The notes: generated from the letters alone by a model not told the origin. A stretch of DNA of 64,000 nt from an uncultured Rhodobacteraceae bacterium (GCA_947503965.1 CANNFU010000004.1:364654-428653), one strand, 5' to 3'. Counted from the stretch's first letter, positions 9,806-20,638 are shown. Made by a program: numbers and translations.

Positions 9806-10592
9806 CACGCTGACCCGCGCCGATCTGGGTATCTGGCTGATCAATCTTGATCGCGATGCCGACCGGCTGGCGGGCATGCAAACCCAGCTTGATGCGATGG
9901 GGTTGAATTACACCCGGTTTCCGGCGATCTATGGTAAGGATAACGCCGACGAACTTGCAAAACGTGCCGATGCCGACGCCTATGCGCGCAATATGGGCAG
10001 CCCGATCCTGCCGGGAAAGATGGGCTGTTACGCAAGCCACGTGGCGGTGTGGGAGGCATTTGTTGCCTCTGACCACAAGGTCGCGCTGATCCTCGAAGAT
10101 GATGTGGTTTTCCACGATGATTTCCTTGAAAGCCTCGATCTGGCGCTGGCGGGCGCCGCGCATTGGGACACGGTACGGTTCAACTGCATTCGCGCCAAAA
10201 TGCCGGTCAGTCAGGGCAAGCTCGGGAACTACAGCCTGAACGCCTATATCGGGCCGTTTACGGGCAACGCGACCTACCTGTTAAAGAAGGATGTAGCCCG
10301 GCGTCTGCTACTCAACCTCTGGCCACAAACCCGTGCCTTTGATCATGAATTGAACCGGTTTTTCCGGCATGATTTCCGGCAATTCGGGTTAGAGCCATTT
10401 TCATCCCATGTGGATGACGGCAATGTCAGTTCAATCACTGGAACTGGCTTTGGGCTGGTGAAAAAGTTCAAGTGGTACAAGCGCTTGCCGCATTACCGGC
10501 TGAAGGCCGCGAATTATTTCCGAAGGGCAGCATGGCTCGCGCGGAAAGGGCGATTGCTCCCAAAAAACAAAAAACTCGACCTTAAAAACTGA
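9798..10592 (+). CDS. glycosyltransferase family 25 (LPS/LOS glycosyltransferase) protein
   Basis: 264 aa with a GT25 (Lic2B/LpsA-like) N-terminal region (LINLDRDADRL...CYASHVAVWE..ALILEDD). It overlaps the neuB-like gene by 8 nt. Confidence 0.7.
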   Translation: MADTLTRADLGIWLINLDRDADRLAGMQTQLDAMGLNYTRFPAIYGKDNADELAKRADADAYARNMGSPILPGKMGCYASHVAVWEAFVASDHKVALILEDDVVFHDDFLESLDLALAGAAHWDTVRFNCIRAKMPVSQGKLGNYSLNAYIGPFTGNATYLLKKDVARRLLLNLWPQTRAFDHELNRFFRHDFRQFGLEPFSSHVDDGNVSSITGTGFGLVKKFKWYKRLPHYRLKAANYFRRAAWLARKGRLLPKNKKLDLKN

Positions 10593-10656
10593 AGCCGAAG
10601 CGCCCCGCGCCATAGTTTGTCTTGCGCCCCTTAAGGCGAGAACATAACATGAACAT

Positions 10657-11892
10657 ATGGCTAAACTTGACCTCTCGCAAAAGCTCGCGATTCTCAGCGA
10701 TGCAGCGCGCTATGACGCCTCTTGCGCGTCCAGCGGCACAACCCGGCGCGACAGTCGGGACGGCAAGGGGTTAGGGTCCACAGAAGGCTCCGGCATTTGC
10801 CACGCCTATGCGCCGGATGGGCGCTGCATCAGCCTGCTCAAAATCCTGATGACGAATTTCTGCATCTATGATTGCGCCTATTGCATCAACCGGGTGTCAT
10901 CAAACGTGCAACGCGCGCGGTTTTCGGTGGATGAGGTCGTGCAGCTAACCATCGAATTCTACCGCCGCAATTATATCGAGGGGCTGTTCCTGTCTTCTGG
11001 CATCATCCAGTCACCCGATACAACCATGTCCGACATGCTGCGGATCGCCAAACGCTTGCGCGAGGTCGAGAACTTTCGCGGCTATATCCACCTGAAAACC
11101 ATCCCCGATGCGGCCCCGGAATTGATCGAACAGGCGGGGCTTTATGCAGACAGGCTGTCGATCAATGTTGAACTGCCCACCGACAATAGTGTGAAGGCCT
11201 ACGCCCCCGAAAAGAACCCCGCGACGATCCGCAAAGCGATGGATGATGTAAAGACACGCAAAGCCATCGCGGCCGAAAAAAGCTATACAGGCAAGCGCGG
11301 CAAACGCTTTGTCCCTGCCGGACAGTCCACGCAGATGATCGTCGGCGCGGATGGATCGACCGATGCCACGATCCTTGGGCAATCCACCCGGCTTTACGGC
11401 GATTACAAGCTCAAGCGCGTCTACTATTCCGCCTTTTCGCCCATTCCCGATGCCACCGTGAAACTGCCGCTGATCAAACCACCCTTGGTCCGCGAACACC
11501 GGCTTTATCAGGCCGATTGGTTGCTGCGCTTCTATGGGTTTGGCGTGGAGGAGATCACAGCCGCCCGCCCCGACGGTAACCTCGATCTGGACGTTGATCC
11601 GAAACTCGCCTGGGCCTTGCAAAACCGCGCTCTGTTTCCAATGGATGTGAATAAGGCCAGTAAAGACATGCTGTTACGCGTTCCCGGTTTCGGCACACGC
11701 ACAGTTGGGCGGATTCTATCCACACGGCGGCATCGTTCGTTGCGCTACGAAGATCTGCTGCGCATGGGCGCATCGCTCAAGAAAGCGCGCGCATTCATCA
11801 CTGCCCGTGACTGGACCCCCGGCGCACTGACCGACAGCGCCAAACTACGCGCGAAATTCGCCCCGCCCCCTGAACAGTTGAGCTTTTTCTGA
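10657..11892 (+). CDS. putative DNA modification/repair radical SAM protein (TIGR03916-like)
   Basis: 411 aa with a radical-SAM-like cysteine cluster (CIYDCAYC) and a C-terminal HhH-like region (LLRVPGFGTRTVGRIL). Confidence 0.7.
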   Translation: MAKLDLSQKLAILSDAARYDASCASSGTTRRDSRDGKGLGSTEGSGICHAYAPDGRCISLLKILMTNFCIYDCAYCINRVSSNVQRARFSVDEVVQLTIEFYRRNYIEGLFLSSGIIQSPDTTMSDMLRIAKRLREVENFRGYIHLKTIPDAAPELIEQAGLYADRLSINVELPTDNSVKAYAPEKNPATIRKAMDDVKTRKAIAAEKSYTGKRGKRFVPAGQSTQMIVGADGSTDATILGQSTRLYGDYKLKRVYYSAFSPIPDATVKLPLIKPPLVREHRLYQADWLLRFYGFGVEEITAARPDGNLDLDVDPKLAWALQNRALFPMDVNKASKDMLLRVPGFGTRTVGRILSTRRHRSLRYEDLLRMGASLKKARAFITARDWTPGALTDSAKLRAKFAPPPEQLSFF

Positions 11893-11893
11893 G

Positions 11894-12724
11894 ATGTATA
11901 CCGTCCCTCTTCCCCGCATCGGCACCGATATCGCGTGGCGTGACGCCGCCAAGCGGTTGATCAGCGCAGGTGTATCGCCTGACGATGTGCTGTGGGACTT
12001 TGGCGCTGAGATGGGTGAGTTATTCGCAACGGCGACGCCTTTGCCCCCGCCAACACGACGGATCAAGGCCCCGCAAAGCTTTGTGCAGATGGCCGACACC
12101 GTGATTTGGCATAAGGACCCGCAGCGGTTTGGGCGGCTTTATGCATTGCTTTGGCGTTTGCGGCACGAGCAGGGATTGATGCAAGACCGCGCCGATCCGC
12201 AACTGGCCAAGCTGCGCCAGATGGAAAAGGGTGTGCATCGTTGCAAGCATAAAATGAAAGCCTTCGTGCGCTTCCGCGACCTGCGCCAGGGTGGCGACAG
12301 GCGCAGTTTTGCCGCATGGTTCGAACCGACCCATCACACGGTGGAACCCACCGCCCCGTTCTTTGCCCGCCGTTTTGCCGATATGGATTGGATGATCGCG
12401 ACACCGGACGTCACCGCGCAATTTGTCGATGGAAATTTGTCCTTCCATCCCGGTCAGCCCAAACCCGACCTGCCCGAAGACGCGGCAGAGGCGCTGTGGG
12501 GCACCTATTTCTGCAACATCTTCAATCCGGCCCGGTTGAAGGTGCAGGCAATGACGTCCCAAATGCCCAAGAAATACTGGAAAAACCTGCCCGAGGCAGC
12601 ACATATTCGATCCCTGATCGAAGGCGCCGAAGCCAAGGTGCAAGAAATGCGCGACAACGCTCCGACGCTGCCGCCGGTCCGTGCGGAACGCATCACCAAA
12701 CGGCTTCGCGGAGACGAAGATTAG
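11894..12724 (+). CDS. DUF4130/TIGR03915-family putative DNA repair protein (partner of the radical SAM protein)
   Basis: 276 aa. Its start lies 2 nt after the radical SAM stop, a conserved pairing. Confidence 0.6.
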   Translation: MYTVPLPRIGTDIAWRDAAKRLISAGVSPDDVLWDFGAEMGELFATATPLPPPTRRIKAPQSFVQMADTVIWHKDPQRFGRLYALLWRLRHEQGLMQDRADPQLAKLRQMEKGVHRCKHKMKAFVRFRDLRQGGDRRSFAAWFEPTHHTVEPTAPFFARRFADMDWMIATPDVTAQFVDGNLSFHPGQPKPDLPEDAAEALWGTYFCNIFNPARLKVQAMTSQMPKKYWKNLPEAAHIRSLIEGAEAKVQEMRDNAPTLPPVRAERITKRLRGDED

Positions 12725-13089
12725 GCGTTTTTACGGTTCATCAAAATGCAGCGATATTCAGCCTCGGCCTGCCTTGAGATCTGAGAAATTTCTGCGTTCA
12801 CCTCGGCCCGTGCGGCCAAACCACCGGCCAGGCCGGGTTGGACCGGAAAGCGGCGCTGCGCGGACTGGATAGCCTCATCGACATAGCGATGCGCTTGCGC
12901 GGCGCGTGATTTGGTGCGCTGTTCGCTATCGCTGGGCACACAGGCATAAGTGTGGACCATGCTGCGATCCGCGGTCAGGAATTGATGCTGGGTACGGCCC
13001 GGGTACGCTTGAGAGCTCAGCGCAGTGACATCACAGGCCGCAAGAAAAGAGAGGGCTGCCAGCCCCAAAAAACACCGCAGATTTCGCAT
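12721..13089 (-). CDS. hypothetical lipoprotein
   Basis: 122 aa with a signal peptide and lipobox (LSFLAAC). Confidence 0.45.
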   Translation of the reverse strand: MRNLRCFLGLAALSFLAACDVTALSSQAYPGRTQHQFLTADRSMVHTYACVPSDSEQRTKSRAAQAHRYVDEAIQSAQRRFPVQPGLAGGLAARAEVNAEISQISRQAEAEYRCILMNRKNA

Positions 13090-13205
13090 AAGTCATCCCT
13101 TTTGACACGCCCCCACCGCGGCACGTTACGCCAAAGATAAGGTCAAGCCCAAGCATTTGGGCGTATTTGCCGTGCTTTGTGCGGCAAAGCGCTCACACGC
13201 GCGGA

Positions 13206-13976
13206 CTAAAGGGTCGCTGTGGTCAGCTTTGTGACACTGCGGAATTCAAGCATTCCATGCGCATCCGCAAACGGTTTCAGGATTGCGCGCAATTCATCAT
13301 CAAATCTTTCGCGGCTCTGGCCAAGTTTGGAGATCGTGAATGTGTCGCGGGAATGCTGGCATAGAATGAAGTCTTCGATGGATTGATGCAGCGGATCTGA
13401 AATCACATCGTACCTGTCCTGCACGGTCACAAAGGTCTCATACTTGTTCCAGAATGTACGGCCTTTATCCGGCTGAAACGGCGCACCTGTGAGCGCAGGC
13501 ACCCATTTTTCATGAAATCGGATCCAATCACCCTGCCATGGCGGGTCATACGCGCCATCGCCTTCGACAACGGCGAAAAGATGCGGTGTCTTGAGGTGCT
13601 TTGCCAAACGCGGAAACAGAATGTCGTGCGCCATCCAATGGATGCTGAGCGCTGCAACAACTGTATCGTAGGGACCGGACAATGGTGCCGTCTCGGCAAC
13701 GCCTTCGATCCATGTCAGGTTCGCCGCATGCCCATGATCAAGCGATTGGCCCAGCTTCATCATTTCGGCAGATGGGTCGATTGCCGTCACCTTCTGAAAA
13801 TGCTGCGACATTGGCCGTGCGATCTTGCCGTGTCCGCAACCTAGATCCAGCAGATGATCTGTCTTTGGCGAAAGCGCAACAATCAGGTCATATATTTGTT
13901 GCGGATATGGTGGGCGATACAGGTAAAGATCGACCACTTCGCTTGATTGGAATGATGTGCCGGTCTTTTGTTCCAT
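13206..13976 (-). CDS. class I SAM-dependent methyltransferase
   Basis: 256 aa with SAM-binding motif I (LLDLGCGHGK). Confidence 0.7.
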   Translation of the reverse strand: MEQKTGTSFQSSEVVDLYLYRPPYPQQIYDLIVALSPKTDHLLDLGCGHGKIARPMSQHFQKVTAIDPSAEMMKLGQSLDHGHAANLTWIEGVAETAPLSGPYDTVVAALSIHWMAHDILFPRLAKHLKTPHLFAVVEGDGAYDPPWQGDWIRFHEKWVPALTGAPFQPDKGRTFWNKYETFVTVQDRYDVISDPLHQSIEDFILCQHSRDTFTISKLGQSRERFDDELRAILKPFADAHGMLEFRSVTKLTTATL

Positions 13977-15073
13977 CAGGTGTTGAACAAAAAGTGCATC
14001 ACATCACCGTCCTTGACGATGTAGCCTTTGCCCTCGGCCCGCATTTTGCCGGCTTCCTTGGCGGCCTGTTCACCACCTAACGTGATAAAATCATCATAAG
14101 CGATAGTTTCCGCGCGGATGAACCCACGTTCGAAATCACCGTGGATCACCCCTGCCGCTTGGGGCGCTGATGTACCTTCCTTGATGGTCCAGGCACGTGC
14201 CTCTTTTGGCCCAACGGTGAAATAGGTCTGCAGGTGCAAAAGTTCGTAACCTGCGCGGATCAACCGGTCGAGGCCCGGTTCCTCTAGCCCCATTTCGGTC
14301 AGGAACATCTCGGCCTCTTCCGCGTCAAGCTGGCTGATCTCCTCTTCGATCCTGGCCGAGATCACAACGTGGCTATTGCCTTGCGCCGCGGCCATTTCAG
14401 CCACACGTGCAGATTGGGAGTTCCCCGTCCCTGCGCTGTCTTCTTCGACGTTGCAGACATACAGCACGGGCTTTGTGGTCAGCAGTTGCAGCATCTTCCA
14501 TTGCTTGGCGTCTTCGGCGTCTACCGCAACCGTCCGGGCGGGTTTGCCGTTCTCAAGCGCTGCTTGCGCCATTTCCAAAAGCCGGACCTGCTGGACGGCG
14601 TCCTTGTCGCCGCCGCGCACCTTGCGCGTCAGGTTCTGCATGCGCTTTTCGATGCTTTCCAGATCGGCGAGCATGAGTTCGGTTTCGATCACATCGGCAT
14701 CCTCGACGGGGTCGACGCGGCCTTCCACATGGGTGATATCGTCATCTTCGAAACAGCGCAGCACGTGGGCGATGGCGTCACATTCGCGGATATTGGCAAG
14801 GAACTGGTTGCCGAGACCTTCGCCTTTAGACGCGCCTTTGACCAATCCCGCGATATCCACAAAAGTCATCCGGGTCGGAATGATCTGTTTTGACGATGCA
14901 ATCGCAGCCAGTTTATCAAGACGTGCGTCAGGCACGGCCACATCGCCCACATTGGGTTCAATCGTGCAGAACGGGAAATTCGCCGCCTGTGCCGCGGCGG
15001 TTCTGGTCAGCGCGTTGAAAAGGGTCGATTTGCCCACATTCGGCAGCCCGACGATACCCATCTTGAAACCCAT
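13976..15073 (-). CDS. ychF: redox-regulated ATPase YchF (ribosome-binding ATPase)
   Basis: It begins [23 protein letters not shown] (G1 motif) and has a C-terminal TGS domain. The ORF track extension to 15457 is a spurious upstream read-through. Confidence 0.9.
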   Translation of the reverse strand: MGFKMGIVGLPNVGKSTLFNALTRTAAAQAANFPFCTIEPNVGDVAVPDARLDKLAAIASSKQIIPTRMTFVDIAGLVKGASKGEGLGNQFLANIRECDAIAHVLRCFEDDDITHVEGRVDPVEDADVIETELMLADLESIEKRMQNLTRKVRGGDKDAVQQVRLLEMAQAALENGKPARTVAVDAEDAKQWKMLQLLTTKPVLYVCNVEEDSAGTGNSQSARVAEMAAAQGNSHVVISARIEEEISQLDAEEAEMFLTEMGLEEPGLDRLIRAGYELLHLQTYFTVGPKEARAWTIKEGTSAPQAAGVIHGDFERGFIRAETIAYDDFITLGGEQAAKEAGKMRAEGKGYIVKDGDVMHFLFNT

Positions 15074-15208
15074 TGTGACACTCCTGCTTGCTCGGGGTGC
15101 TTCTAGGGGCGCTTGGAAGCACACGCAAGCGCGCCGGCGCGTTTGCCCCATTGATTTTCCCGCCCTCTTCGCGCACACCGTCCCGAGTTTGCAGACCGGG
15201 GACAGGTA

Positions 15209-16000
15209 ATGGGCCGAATAGACGCGAAATTTGCTGAGTTGAAAGCGCAAGGGCGCAAGGCGTTTGTGGCTTACGTGATGGCCGGAGATCCTGACTATGA
15301 TACCGGCCTGGACATCGTGAAGGGTCTGCCGGGCGCGGGTGTCGACATCATCGAACTGGGCATGCCGTTTACGGATCCGATGGCCGATGGTCCGACAATT
15401 CAGCTGGCCGGGCAGCGGGCGCTGGACGGGGGTCAAACCCTCGAAAAGACGCTGCAATATGCCCGTGAACTGCGAAAGACGGACGATACGACACCGATCG
15501 TCATGATGGGCTATTACAACCCGATCTATTCCCGCGGTGTTGATGCGTTTCTGATGGATGCCAAGGCGGCAGGAATCGACGGGTTGATTATTGTCGATCT
15601 GCCGCCAGAGGAAGATGATGAACTTTGCATTCCCGCGCAGAAGGCCGGGATCAACTTTATTCGTCTCGCAACGCCGACCACGGATGACAAGCGTCTGCCG
15701 ACGGTGCTGCAGAACACATCTGGTTTTGTCTACTATGTGTCCATGACCGGGATCACAGGCACAGCCGCAGCCCAGGCGGGCGACGTCGGACCCGAAGTCG
15801 CACGGATCAAGGCGAAAACTGATTTGCCGGTGATTGTCGGATTTGGCGTGAAAACACCCGAGGCAGCAGAGGCGATCGCGAAAATCGCTGATGGCGCGGT
15901 TGTCGGCTCTGCCATTGTCGAAAAGATCGGCGCGGGTGAACCTGTGGCGGATGTACTGGCCTTTGTGGCGTCACTGGCTGACGGGACGCATCGCGCTTAA
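15209..16000 (+). CDS. trpA: tryptophan synthase alpha chain
   Basis: 263 aa, TrpA-like throughout ([18 protein letters not shown]...[18 protein letters not shown]). Confidence 0.9.
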   Translation: MGRIDAKFAELKAQGRKAFVAYVMAGDPDYDTGLDIVKGLPGAGVDIIELGMPFTDPMADGPTIQLAGQRALDGGQTLEKTLQYARELRKTDDTTPIVMMGYYNPIYSRGVDAFLMDAKAAGIDGLIIVDLPPEEDDELCIPAQKAGINFIRLATPTTDDKRLPTVLQNTSGFVYYVSMTGITGTAAAQAGDVGPEVARIKAKTDLPVIVGFGVKTPEAAEAIAKIADGAVVGSAIVEKIGAGEPVADVLAFVASLADGTHRA

Positions 16001-16070
16001 TGCGCACACACCCCATTGCCCAAAATCCACAAATCGGTAATCATTCATTACCAATTTGAGGATTTTTGCC

Positions 16071-17234
16071 ATGCCTGTCATCACGACGATTGATGATCTC
16101 AAGCGGCTTCATAAACGCCGCACCCCCAAGATGTTCTATGATTATGCCGAAAGCGGCAGCTGGACAGAGCAGACATTTCGCGAAAATACCTCTGATTTTG
16201 ATAAGATCCGCCTGCGCCAGCGGGTCGCGGTCGATATGACGAACCGGACCACCGCAAGCCAGATGATCGGCGAAGATGTGGCAATGCCCGTGGCACTTGC
16301 CCCGGTAGGCCTGACCGGGATGCAGGCCGCTGACGGAGAGATCAAGGCAGCCAAGGCCGCCGAGAAATTCGGAGTTCCTTTCACATTGTCCACCATGTCG
16401 ATCTGTTCGATCGAGGATGTGGCGGAAAATACGACCAAACCATTCTGGTTTCAGGTCTACACACTGAAAGACGATGATTTCATGAAGCGGCTGATTGGTC
16501 GCGCACGTGATGCAGGTTGCTCGGCCCTTGTCATCACGCTTGATCTGCAGATCATGGGCCAACGGCACAAAGATCTGAAAAACGGCCTGTCTGCGCCGCC
16601 GAAATTCACCTTAGCGAGCATCGCGGATCTCGCCACTAAATGGCCGTGGGGCATCGAGATGCTGCAAACCAAGCGGCGGTTCTTTGGTAATATTGTGGGT
16701 CATGCAGCCGGCGTATCAAATGCATCGTCGCTATCGGCCTGGACGGCCGAGGCATTCGATCATGCGTTGGATTGGGCGCGTGTGGCCGAATTGATGAAGA
16801 TGTGGGACGGTAAGGTCATCCTGAAAGGTATTCTGGACGCCGAAGATGCCAAAAAGGCAGCAGAGCTGGGTGCCGACGCGATCATCGTGTCTAATCATGG
16901 CGGGCGGCAGTTGGATGGCGCGCTGTCGTCGATCCGCGCCTTACCTGCGATCATGGATGCGGTGGGTGACAAGGTCGAAGTCCATCTTGATAGCGGAATC
17001 CGATCCGGGCAGGACGTGCTCAAGGCGCTGGCGATGGGGGCGAAAGGTACGTATATCGGTCGCGCCTTTGTAAACGGGCTGGGCGCAATGGGTGAAAAGG
17101 GCGTGACCGCGGCGCTTGAGGTGATCCACAAGGAACTGGATACCACCATGGCCCTTTGCGGGCGGCGGGATGTCAAAACGCTCGACCGGAACGTACTTTT
17201 GGTGCCGGAAGATTTTGAAGGGCGGTGGGCCTAG
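16071..17234 (+). CDS. lldD: FMN-dependent alpha-hydroxy acid dehydrogenase (L-lactate dehydrogenase-like)
   Basis: It begins MPVITTIDDLKRLHKRRTPKMFYDYAESGSW... and has an FMN-dependent LldD/glycolate oxidase family TIM barrel. ATG at 16071. Confidence 0.8.
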   Translation: MPVITTIDDLKRLHKRRTPKMFYDYAESGSWTEQTFRENTSDFDKIRLRQRVAVDMTNRTTASQMIGEDVAMPVALAPVGLTGMQAADGEIKAAKAAEKFGVPFTLSTMSICSIEDVAENTTKPFWFQVYTLKDDDFMKRLIGRARDAGCSALVITLDLQIMGQRHKDLKNGLSAPPKFTLASIADLATKWPWGIEMLQTKRRFFGNIVGHAAGVSNASSLSAWTAEAFDHALDWARVAELMKMWDGKVILKGILDAEDAKKAAELGADAIIVSNHGGRQLDGALSSIRALPAIMDAVGDKVEVHLDSGIRSGQDVLKALAMGAKGTYIGRAFVNGLGAMGEKGVTAALEVIHKELDTTMALCGRRDVKTLDRNVLLVPEDFEGRWA

Positions 17235-17416
17235 TATCAGGACCTCTTTATCTGACGCTGTCAGTTTTGCTGCGGATCGCGTTCAGACCGCTAAGAATTC
17301 ATCTGCATTTGCCCCGCCATGCGGAAGATGCGCCGCGCATTGCGATCATCAATATGACACCTGCAAACGCAGCCTGATCGACACCGCGTCCATTCAGCTG
17401 TTGCAGGCCATCGCAA

Positions 17417-18625
17417 TCACTGCGTTGCTGCGCTTCTCTGTTGTGCCGTAGCATGAAACGGCAAACGTGCCGCCATCAGCGCCAGCGGAACAGTGACAAG
17501 CAGCAACACCGCAACGCCACCGAACGCCATGCGCAGTCCAAACGCCTCTGACATCAATCCCATCAGCATTGGCGCGAAAAAGAACCCTGAAAAGCCGATC
17601 ACAGCCGTACGGCTGATGGCTTCGGTCCGCAGATGGGGGGCAACCAGTTTCCCGATCAGCGCAAGCCCCATAGGTCCGATGACGGAAACGCCCAGACCCA
17701 AGATACCAAATCCAAGATAGGCCACCATGGGTGTCGGAGCGATGGCGGCAATCACCGCCCCCGTTGCCGATATGACCGATGCGATCACGACTACGGTGAC
17801 TTCACGCAATCGCTCTGCCACGACCTGCCCGGAAAACCGGCCGATGGCCATTGTTATCCCTAGCATGGCGGGGCCCATCGCACCCTCGGCTGCACCCCCG
17901 CCCAACGTGCGCTCAACATGCAGTGCAGACCAAGCCTCCACCGTGGCTTCTGACATGAACGCAACCAGCACGATCGCCCCGCACAGCGCGATTGGCCATA
18001 GCGGATAGCGGCCTGCATATCCGTCCTCTGCGGCAACGTGGGTGACATCCATCCGCATGAATGGGACCATCATGACACTGACGATGCCGAAGGCCGCAAA
18101 AACATAGACTGGAGGCACCCCTGCCTCGCGTGTCGCACCCGCGACCAGTGCTCCGATCGCATATGCCACCGAAAACATCGCGTGATTTGCGTTCATCAGG
18201 GGCCGTCGATGAAGCGCTTCCAGCTCACTGACCCGCGCGTTCATCACCACATCAAGCAACCCCGACGCGAGACCGACCAGCGCCATCGTCGCAGCAAACA
18301 ACAGCGGGACAGTCATCACTGACGGCAAAAGCCACGCGCCAGCCAGGGCGATCACCCCAACCTGCATCGCGCGTGCGCCCAGAACCTGATCTGCGCGTGG
18401 TGCAAGCCACATGGCCGAGACAAGCCCCGTTGCCGATCCCAGCAATAATGTCCCGAAAAGCGCATCTGACACATCCAATTGTGCCTTCAGCACCGGGACA
18501 TGCGCGGCAAAGCATCCCCAGAACAGCCCAATCACAACAAAGGCGGCCGCAGGACGACGTGAAATGTAAAGGGCGTTGCGCACAGACATGGCCGCTGCAC
18601 TGCACAAGATTTTTGCCCAAGGCAA
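17417..18625 (-). CDS. MFS transporter
   Basis: 402-aa ORF with about 12 predicted TM segments. The likely start is MSVRNALY at 18589. Confidence 0.65.
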   Translation of the reverse strand: MPWAKILCSAAAMSVRNALYISRRPAAAFVVIGLFWGCFAAHVPVLKAQLDVSDALFGTLLLGSATGLVSAMWLAPRADQVLGARAMQVGVIALAGAWLLPSVMTVPLLFAATMALVGLASGLLDVVMNARVSELEALHRRPLMNANHAMFSVAYAIGALVAGATREAGVPPVYVFAAFGIVSVMMVPFMRMDVTHVAAEDGYAGRYPLWPIALCGAIVLVAFMSEATVEAWSALHVERTLGGGAAEGAMGPAMLGITMAIGRFSGQVVAERLREVTVVVIASVISATGAVIAAIAPTPMVAYLGFGILGLGVSVIGPMGLALIGKLVAPHLRTEAISRTAVIGFSGFFFAPMLMGLMSEAFGLRMAFGGVAVLLLVTVPLALMAARLPFHATAQQRSAATQ

Positions 18626-18918
18626 GCATCAAACCGGCACAGATCACCACGAAACGACAGGTCATACATATCGGATTCTGATCCCGCCGCGCGATTGCCG
18701 AGGCAAAAGGGAAAGTGTTGTCGAATTCGCCACTTTATCGGCACCATTTTGTCACGAAAGGCAAACCGCGGCCTCAGATGCCCTGAATGCCGCCGCGGCA
18801 TTCCTTTACGTTTCTCCGATTTATTGTATTTATCGCCTAAAATTCGACCAAATCTATGCTTATGCCTGCCGAGTGGCCGCCTCTCCGGCTTCGGTATTAA
18901 CGGTGAAGGAAAACTTTC

Positions 18919-20628
18919 ATGAGATCTGTGCTCATTGTCGCGGTTGCTTTTTTGACAGCGCTCACATTCTTTTTGGCTTCTTGGCTGACACCGCAAAGTG
19001 CCGAAGGGCTTGCAGCGGACCAGATTGAAGAGGCGCAGGCCGCGTTGCAGGCGCAGCTGGCCGATGCAACCGCCCGAAGCGCCGAGGAAATCGCAACCTT
19101 GCGCAACGCATCCGAGACGCTCGATGCCGAGGTGGCGACGCTGACCGCGTTGGTACAGTCCGTCACCACGGAACGCGATGCGTTGGTTCAGGAACTCGCC
19201 GATGCAAACGAAGCGCTTGCAACACAGACCGATACCGACAGTGATTTGATGTCCCGGATCACCGAATTGGAAGCCGAATTAGCCGCCAGCGAAGGCCGCT
19301 TGGCCGCTGCGCAAGGCACGATCACTACATTAATGGAAACATTTGATGCGAACACGGCTGAAATTACCTCGCTGACCGAACAACTGGCCGCTTTGCAACA
19401 AGAGGCAGACACGACCGCAGCGCGCATTGCGGAACTTGAAGACACAACCGTTGCTGCAGCCCCCGGCGAAACAGACGAACAGGTCAGCCTGCTTGAAGCC
19501 CAAATCGCCGAGCGTGACGCCGCACTTGAAGAACTGCAGGGCACAGTCGCGGCATTGACCGCCGACCTGGAAGCTGCAGCAGCAGCGCAGCCAGAGCCGA
19601 CAGCAGACGTATCAGCCGAGGTTGAGACGCTGACGGCCGATCTTGCAGAGCGTGACACGCTGATTGCGACATTGGAAACCCAGATCGCCGATGCGCAAAC
19701 CGCAAGCGAGGCGACCGCGGCCCAGATCACCGAACTGACCGCCGCCATCGCAGAACGCGATGACGCGATTGCCGCAATGGAAGCCGCCAACGCAGAAGCG
19801 GATTCGGCAGACGAACAGGTCGCTGACCTGACCGCCACATTGGCCGAACGTGACGCCGCGATCGCATCGCTTCAGACCGCATTGGAAGAAGCAACCGCAA
19901 GCGCCGCCGCCGAAGATGCAACGGTAACTGACAGCGAAGCCGCAGTCGCCGCTTTGAACACACAGGTTGCAGAATTGACCGAGCAGGTGACCGAGCAGAC
20001 CAGAACAATTCAGAACCTGCGTTTGGGTCTTGGTGATCCGGATATGCCGCCATCGGAACTGGCCGAGGTCTGCGGCGCACGCGCAACCGAAATCCTGAAT
20101 GCCTCGCAAATCACGTTTGATACAGGCACCACATCGATCAATAACGCATCTGCCGAGACCCTGGCCGAACTCCGCGACATCGCCATTGGCTGCTCAAACG
20201 AAGATCTGATCATCGAAATTGGTGGCCACACCGATAGCCAGGGTGCCGAAGAAAGCAACCAGGCCATCAGTGAAGCACGCGCACAGGCTGTTTTGAACTT
20301 CATGGTCGACGGTGGCGTTTCCGCCGAAGACATGCGCGCAGTCGGTTTTGGCGAAACACAGCCCATCGCGACCAATGACACACGCGATGGTCGCGCTGCA
20401 AACCGCCGTATCACGTTTGAATGGCAGGTTCGCCAGACAGAGCCGGAGGTCGTCGAAGATACAGGAACCGAAGCGGTAGAAGAGAGCGCACCAGAAGCGT
20501 CCACAGAGGAGGGCGCATCCGAAGCGCCAGCCGAAGAGACCGATACCGCGACCACCGAAGAGCCTGCATCAGAAGATGCCGCCGACACAGCAGCCGATGC
20601 TGCCGAAACCAACACCGTAGACGAGTAG
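18919..20628 (+). CDS. membrane-anchored coiled-coil protein with C-terminal OmpA-like peptidoglycan-binding domain and acidic tail
   Basis: 569 aa with an N-terminal TM helix and about 10 tandem ~33-aa Ala/Glu-rich repeats (LTAxLAERDxxIAxLE). It carries an OmpA_C motif (IEIGGHTDSQGAEESNQAISEARAQAV...NRRITFEW) and a D/E/T-rich C-terminal tail. Confidence 0.75.
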   Translation: MRSVLIVAVAFLTALTFFLASWLTPQSAEGLAADQIEEAQAALQAQLADATARSAEEIATLRNASETLDAEVATLTALVQSVTTERDALVQELADANEALATQTDTDSDLMSRITELEAELAASEGRLAAAQGTITTLMETFDANTAEITSLTEQLAALQQEADTTAARIAELEDTTVAAAPGETDEQVSLLEAQIAERDAALEELQGTVAALTADLEAAAAAQPEPTADVSAEVETLTADLAERDTLIATLETQIADAQTASEATAAQITELTAAIAERDDAIAAMEAANAEADSADEQVADLTATLAERDAAIASLQTALEEATASAAAEDATVTDSEAAVAALNTQVAELTEQVTEQTRTIQNLRLGLGDPDMPPSELAEVCGARATEILNASQITFDTGTTSINNASAETLAELRDIAIGCSNEDLIIEIGGHTDSQGAEESNQAISEARAQAVLNFMVDGGVSAEDMRAVGFGETQPIATNDTRDGRAANRRITFEWQVRQTEPEVVEDTGTEAVEESAPEASTEEGASEAPAEETDTATTEEPASEDAADTAADAAETNTVDE

Positions 20629-20638
20629 GACTAATCTG

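Noticed and set aside
15074-15457. N-terminal 128-codon extension of the ychF ORF
   Set aside because: YchF begins at the conserved [17 protein letters not shown]. The extension runs into the trpA promoter region on the opposite strand and has no conservation-like composition.
19188-20615. Several long minus-strand ORFs (216, 165, 119, 201 aa) inside the coiled-coil OmpA gene
   Set aside because: They are antisense readings of an Ala/Glu-rich repeat gene, giving Ser/Ala/Arg low-complexity translations.
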